Part shown: positions 14,250 through 18,401 of the stretch, piece after piece
Layout: every line of letters begins with the position of its first letter
Position numbering within the stretch: the first letter of the stretch is position 1
Assembly (NCBI GenBank): GCA_035454665.1
Contig: DATIGO010000412.1
Span: forward strand, 1-18,401
Source: Gemmatimonadaceae bacterium
GTDB taxonomy: Bacteria; Gemmatimonadota; Gemmatimonadetes; Gemmatimonadales; Gemmatimonadaceae
DNA: 18,401 nt
Direction of reading: 5' to 3'
Notes under the pieces: generated by a model
The model's database searches: none
What the model saw: the letters and a program-made list of their open reading frames with translations, nothing else
What the model was told of the DNA's origin: nothing
Translations under genes and position numbers: made by a program

Positions 14250-15967
14250 CGCGCGGGGCCGGCGGCGGACCGGTCGACGGGTCCGCCGGCGTCGAGAACC
14301 GTCGGCCGCGCGGGACGGTCCGCGCCGTCTGTGGAGGACAACCGTGTGCGTGCCGGGTCGACCGGAAGCAGCGGCGTGGCGCCCGCGCCCGGCTCGGACG
14401 CCACGGCGAGCGCGGGCAGCTTGACCACGAAAGTGCTGCCGCGGCCTGCTCCGTCACTCGACGCCGTGAGCGAGCCGCCGTGCATCTCCACGAGCCGGCG
14501 CGCCAGCGACAGACCGATGCCGAGGCCGCCGCCCGCACGGACGGTCGTCCGCTCCGCCTGCGTGAACATCTCGAACACCTTGGAGAGCATCTCGGGCTCG
14601 ATGCCGATACCCGTGTCGCTGACGGAGACCACCACCTCCTTCCCGGTGCGCTCAGCCGTCAGCCGGATACGCCCCCCGGGCTCCGTGAACTTCGACGCAT
14701 TGTTGAGCAGGTTGCCGAAGACCTGCGCGAGACGCACAGGATCGCCGTGCACGTGCACGGGCTCCGGCGGCAGCGTCTGGCTCACGTCCAGGCGGGCCGC
14801 CGCGATCGCCGGCCGAAAGCCATCCAGCGCGTCGCGCAGGATCGCCGTCAGCTCCACGCGCTCCACGCGCAACTCCATCCGATCGCGGCTGATCCGACTC
14901 ACGTCCAGCAGGTCATCGACCAGGCGCACCATGTGGCGCAGTTGCCGGTCCATGGTGCGCACCAGCACGTCACGCCGGCCGGCATCACTTCCCGCGATCC
15001 GGAGGATCTCGAGCGAGTTGCGGATCGGCGCGAGGGGATTCCGGAGCTCGTGCGCGAGCGTGGCGAGAAACCGGTCCTTGCGCCGGTCCGCCTCGCGCAG
15101 TTCCGCGTCGGACTGGCTCGCGCGGCGCGCGGTGGTCAGCACCAGCGCGGCCATCGTCACCACCATCATGAGCGCGAAGATCGCGGTACCAAAGGCCGGA
15201 TCATACAGCTCCAGTCGCTCACCCACGATCTCGAGCCATCCGAAGACCACGGGAATGAGCAGCACCGGGATCAGGAGGCGGCGGGCCAGCAGGCCGCCCG
15301 CATCGTCGCGCTGCAGCACGGAGACCAGGCCGTGCTGCGGGACCACGGCAAAGAGGCCGATGGCGAGCGCGAGCAGGATGCTCGCCATCTGCACCGAGAT
15401 CCCGGTCAGGCGCGGCAGATCGTACAGAACGTCGGCCCCGAAGAGGTAGCCGGTCAGCGACACGCCCACCACGAACGCGACGATGCCGGCGAGCACGATC
15501 GCCGCGCGCCGCGCGCGATCGCCGAACGTGGTGAGCACGAGCGCGGACCCGATCAACGTGAACGACAGGGAGGCGGGTGGACCCATGCGGCCGGGCGCGC
15601 TCGTGGCGCGCATGCCGGGCGGCTCATCGGACAGCCACGTGTCGATGCCAAGGTTGAGCCCGGTCAGGTGCTGCAGGAGTGTGAGCGATCCGATCAGCGC
15701 CACCAGCACGCCGAGGGCGCGGGCCGCCAGTCGGCACCGCGGCGCGGCGCGGAGGCAGAAGATGAGCGCCGCGGCCGTGGCGATCGTTGCCACGGCGGGG
15801 TTGGCCTTCATCGAGATGCCTGTGCTGAACCAGTCCGTGAGCCGGTAGGTTCCCGTGATCCAGCCGAGAAGCGTGAGCGCACCGCCGACGAGGGCATACG
15901 TCGCAGCCACGAGCGCCACGTCACGTGGCCAGAATCGTCGCGGGGCGGCTGGTTCCACTTCTCCCAT
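14246..15967 (-). CDS. sensor histidine kinase with a large N-terminal multi-TM (about 7-8 helix) sensor domain, HisKA and HATPase_c domains; orphan, with no adjacent response regulator
   Basis: H-box FLATLAHELRNPLAPI, N-box FGNLLNNASKFT, G1 box SVSDTGIGI, G2 box GGLGIGLSLARR. The N-terminal 270 aa are almost entirely hydrophobic helices. Start ATG 15967-15965 with no SD. Stop TAG 14248-14246 overlaps the convergent kinase stop (CTAG). The last 55 aa or so form a Pro/Ala/Gly-rich tail. Confidence 0.9.
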   Translation of the reverse strand: MGEVEPAAPRRFWPRDVALVAATYALVGGALTLLGWITGTYRLTDWFSTGISMKANPAVATIATAAALIFCLRAAPRCRLAARALGVLVALIGSLTLLQHLTGLNLGIDTWLSDEPPGMRATSAPGRMGPPASLSFTLIGSALVLTTFGDRARRAAIVLAGIVAFVVGVSLTGYLFGADVLYDLPRLTGISVQMASILLALAIGLFAVVPQHGLVSVLQRDDAGGLLARRLLIPVLLIPVVFGWLEIVGERLELYDPAFGTAIFALMMVVTMAALVLTTARRASQSDAELREADRRKDRFLATLAHELRNPLAPIRNSLEILRIAGSDAGRRDVLVRTMDRQLRHMVRLVDDLLDVSRISRDRMELRVERVELTAILRDALDGFRPAIAAARLDVSQTLPPEPVHVHGDPVRLAQVFGNLLNNASKFTEPGGRIRLTAERTGKEVVVSVSDTGIGIEPEMLSKVFEMFTQAERTTVRAGGGLGIGLSLARRLVEMHGGSLTASSDGAGRGSTFVVKLPALAVASEPGAGATPLLPVDPARTRLSSTDGADRPARPTVLDAGGPVDRSAAGPAR

Positions 15968-16113
15968 GGGTGGCCAAGTGTAGACTGCGGCCGGATGACC
16001 GGCAAGCGCGCACCTGGCTCCGGCGCGCCGGACTCATCGATGTCGTTTCGGCAACGTCGTGGCGGTGCTGCGCGCAAGCGCGCGTCACACGCCTGATGCG
16101 ATGGATCGGCCAG

Positions 16114-16881
16114 TCAGGAGCCGATCAGCCCCATGCTCGTGCCGGACGGATCCGTGAAATACCCGAAGCAGGCGACCTCCGGAACCGTCATCGGATCGCC
16201 CAGCCGCTTCCCGCCTGACGCCTCGATCTCTTCGATCTTCTCGCCCACGCTGCCCGCGTAGATGTACGCCACGGCAGGGAGCGAAGACGTGTGTGTCTGA
16301 AACACGCCGCCGATGCCGGCTCCGGGATCGAACGCCATGTACCCCGGCAGCGTTTCGCTCGCACCCCATCCGAACACGTCTCGGAAAAACCGCCCCGCCG
16401 CGACGCCGTCAGTCGCATGCATCTCGAGCGAGCAGAGTGATCCCGCAGGCGGCCGGGGATTGGCACCGAGCGGCGCCGGGATGCGCGACATCGCGCCTGA
16501 CGACATCGCGCTCGTGAGCCCGTAGATCGTTCCCGAGGGATCGCGGAAGCGAGCGAGCGTCCCGACCGTCGGGATGCTCCACGGAGCGCGCTCGGTCGAC
16601 GCACCGGCGGCCTCCACCTGCTGCAACGCCGCCTCCACCTCCGGAACACCGATGAACGGCACGACGCCCGGAAAGCCCTCCGGCGTATTCGCTCGCAGGG
16701 TGACGCTCGGCCCGCCGGGAGTCACGACCGCGGTCAGCTCGCTCGTGAGCGACTGCGTCTGCCATCCGAAGACCCGCGAATAGAAGGCCGCGGAGGCGGC
16801 GAGGTCGTTGGCCGAAATGACGACGAGCCGGATCGGGTGCCTGCCGCTTCCGGCCGGAACGTCCGGCATCTCCATGCCCAT
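16114..16881 (-). CDS. VOC-family protein with two tandem glyoxalase/bleomycin-resistance/dioxygenase-fold modules
   Basis: 255 aa. Two repeats of the VOC pattern (IRLVVISANDLAASAAFYSRVFGW... and LCSLEMHATDGVAAGRFFRDVFGW...), each followed by a Gly-rich beta region. Start ATG 16881-16879 with GGGAGA SD (complement of 16889-16894, 7-nt spacer). Stop TGA 16116-16114. Confidence 0.82.
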   Translation of the reverse strand: MGMEMPDVPAGSGRHPIRLVVISANDLAASAAFYSRVFGWQTQSLTSELTAVVTPGGPSVTLRANTPEGFPGVVPFIGVPEVEAALQQVEAAGASTERAPWSIPTVGTLARFRDPSGTIYGLTSAMSSGAMSRIPAPLGANPRPPAGSLCSLEMHATDGVAAGRFFRDVFGWGASETLPGYMAFDPGAGIGGVFQTHTSSLPAVAYIYAGSVGEKIEEIEASGGKRLGDPMTVPEVACFGYFTDPSGTSMGLIGS

Positions 16882-17019
16882 CGCAGGATCTCCCAGGCGC
16901 GAGTTGGCCGGCGTTCCTCAGTGCCTAACGGCACAGAAGCGTCACGGCGGCAGTGAAGTAAACGCCGCCTTCCGCGGGCCGCAATGCCGAACACGCCCAC
17001 GCGGCCGGGCGAACCCGCG

Positions 17020-18270
17020 CTACCCGGCCGTCACGACTGCCTGGCGCCCGGAAACTTCTTCCTCCTCGCCACGAGCAGTTCCGCTGCTGAGCCGCGCCAT
17101 CGCCCGGTACACGGCATCGCGCAGCGACCTCTCCCGTGGATCGTTCTCGAGATAGAAGTCCAGCCGGTTCATCACGTACGCGTACCCCAGATGAGCATCG
17201 GGATCGGCAAAGCCGAAGGAGCCCCCCGCGCCGGGCGCGCCAAGGGCGCGAGCGCTCGAGCCGAACCCCACGTCGGGACCGGGCCGCAGGAAGCCAAGCG
17301 AGAAGTAGCTCGGCACGCCCAGCACCACGTCGGGTCCTCGCGGGTCCGGGGGCGGAACTACGACCCGAGCGAAGGTCTCCGGAGTGATGCCGAGTTCCGC
17401 ACCGCCCTCGGCGAGGGCCGAATAGACCCGCGCAATCGCGCGCGCGGTTCCCACACCGTTCCCGGCGGGCACCTCGATCTCCAGCGAGCGGCGGTCGTTC
17501 ATGTCCAGGTCCTCCAGGACCGCCAGGGAGCGGCGGAGCAGCGAGCCCGGACGGATGATCCTCATCGTCGTGGCCACCGGCGTGTAGCGCAGCGCGAGCA
17601 GACCGCGCCACCGGGAGAGCGGCCGCACCCTGGCCACGCGCTCATCCGGGATCTCGCGGGGGAGCCCGATGTAGAAGTCGAGGCCCAGCGGAACTGCGAT
17701 CTCATCCCGGAAGAAGCGCCCGATCGTGCGATGCGCAGGATCGACACGCCGCATGAGCTCCTGCATGTAGAGGCCGAGCGTGAGCGAGTGGTAGCCGTGA
17801 CGCGTCCCCGGAGGCCACGCCGGCTTCTGTCTGGCGAGCAGGCGGGCAAGATCGTCCAGATCGTGCATCCGTTCGACGGTCAGCTTCTCGTCGAGCAGCA
17901 CAAGACCGGCCTGGTGGCCGAGGAGCTGGCGCACGGTGATCCCGGCCTTGCCGTGCTGCGCGAACTCCGGCCAGTAGCGAGCGATGGGCGCCTCGTAGTC
18001 GAGCCAACCGCGCGCATTCGCCATTGCGAGGGTCATCGCCGCCAGTCCCTTGGTGGTGGACATGACGGGAACCATCGTGTCCGCCTTCCACGGGGCGTCA
18101 CCGGTGGGCGTACGCCGCCCGCCCCAGAGATCTACGACCTTCTCGCCGCGCCAGTACGCGGCCACGGCGGCGCCGATCTCGCCACGCTCGGCGAAATTGC
18201 GCTCGAATTCGACGCGCACTTCCTCGAAGCCGCGGGCGACGCGGCCGCCAATCGGAGTGTTCGCTGTCAT
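17020..18270 (-). CDS. beta-lactamase-family serine hydrolase (class C / esterase EstB-like), no signal peptide so probably cytoplasmic
   Basis: 416 aa. SxxK motif VMSTTKGLAAMTLAMA near the N-terminus. Overall size and motif spacing resemble AmpC/esterase family VIII. Start ATG 18270-18268 with GGAGG SD (complement of 18281-18285). The upstream in-frame extension to 18399 is Arg-rich low complexity without hydrophobic core, so it is not a Tat or Sec signal. Stop TAG 17022-17020. Confidence 0.86.
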   Translation of the reverse strand: MTANTPIGGRVARGFEEVRVEFERNFAERGEIGAAVAAYWRGEKVVDLWGGRRTPTGDAPWKADTMVPVMSTTKGLAAMTLAMANARGWLDYEAPIARYWPEFAQHGKAGITVRQLLGHQAGLVLLDEKLTVERMHDLDDLARLLARQKPAWPPGTRHGYHSLTLGLYMQELMRRVDPAHRTIGRFFRDEIAVPLGLDFYIGLPREIPDERVARVRPLSRWRGLLALRYTPVATTMRIIRPGSLLRRSLAVLEDLDMNDRRSLEIEVPAGNGVGTARAIARVYSALAEGGAELGITPETFARVVVPPPDPRGPDVVLGVPSYFSLGFLRPGPDVGFGSSARALGAPGAGGSFGFADPDAHLGYAYVMNRLDFYLENDPRERSLRDAVYRAMARLSSGTARGEEEEVSGRQAVVTAG

Positions 18271-18401
18271 GGGAATCACCCTCCCCCAGGATCCAGATGA
18301 CGCCGGGCGCGACGGCGGCCGGCGGCGTCGCGAACGACGCGCACGCCGCGCGCGACCGTGAGCAGGGCCGGGGCCCAGGACCATTCCAGGCGTGGTCATC
18401 C

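Noticed and set aside
14162-16096. 644-aa plus-strand ORF overlapping the sensor histidine kinase
   Set aside because: It is antisense to a gene with complete H, N, G1 and G2 boxes. The product is Arg/His/Gly-rich and motif-free. This is a GC artefact.
16882-17019. Small hairpins (gtgcc-taac-ggcac, gcggc-N12-gccgc) between the beta-lactamase-like and VOC genes, considered as a minus-strand terminator
   Set aside because: Stems are 5 bp or less and only a short TTTACTT follows on the minus strand. Not distinguishable from background. The two genes may well be co-transcribed.
16984-18399. 438-aa plus-strand ORF antisense to the beta-lactamase-family gene, and that gene's own extension to 18399
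   Set aside because: The antisense product has no motifs. The extension (MTTPGMVLGPGPAHGRARRARRSRRRRPPS...) is not a Tat or Sec signal, because no hydrophobic h-region follows the Arg-rich stretch. The internal ATG 18270 has a GGAGG SD.
1-18401. Search for CRISPR arrays, tRNA/rRNA genes, IS elements, integrases, phage or toxin-antitoxin modules
   Set aside because: No regularly spaced direct repeats with spacers, no tRNA-like cloverleaf candidates in intergenic regions, and no transposase, integrase or phage-like translations in any frame. The window looks like core chromosome, not an accessory or defence island.

Overview
This is an ordinary chromosomal segment, about 70% GC by eye (not computed). 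The source is probably a Gram-negative soil-type bacterium such as Gemmatimonadota or Acidobacteria; the phylum cannot be fixed from sequence alone. I support 15 protein-coding genes and find no rRNA, tRNA, CRISPR array, IS or transposase, integrase, or phage gene.

Genes in order:
- A caa3-type cytochrome c oxidase cluster on the + strand: ctaD (3-prime part only, the gene runs off the window edge), ctaE and ctaF, followed by a hairpin terminator.
- A convergent four-helix membrane protein of unknown function.
- dacB, a PBP4-type D-Ala-D-Ala carboxypeptidase.
- A divergent pair: a saccharopine-dehydrogenase-family oxidoreductase and a small CoA-binding protein.
- A two-gene minus-strand operon in which a catabolic-type PLP threonine/serine dehydratase is coupled by an 8-nt overlap to a REC-GAF-GGDEF diguanylate cyclase.
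- A 380-bp non-coding region.
- A three-gene plus-strand operon, nfeD - flotillin (floT-like) - Hanks-type Ser/Thr kinase. The kinase is 1055 aa, with three TM helices and a C-terminal domain of about 630 aa with TPR-like repeats.
- A convergent orphan multi-TM sensor histidine kinase whose stop codon overlaps the kinase stop.
- A tandem-VOC (glyoxalase-fold) protein and a signal-peptide-less beta-lactamase-family serine hydrolase.

The most interesting candidate for an undescribed functional unit is the flotillin operon carrying its own tightly coupled Ser/Thr kinase. Next is the dehydratase-to-c-di-GMP cyclase coupling. Several small sequence motifs are also reported: a GTGACG heptad array with an inverted copy in the ctaD-ctaE spacer, and a TTGGnCAGACnA pair in a divergent promoter. 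All family assignments come from motifs read directly in the translations; no database search was possible.

The many long stop-free ORFs on opposite strands or alternate frames are GC-codon artefacts and were rejected. Start codons were chosen by Shine-Dalgarno evidence and domain boundaries, not by the longest ORF. Several genes have no SD at all.
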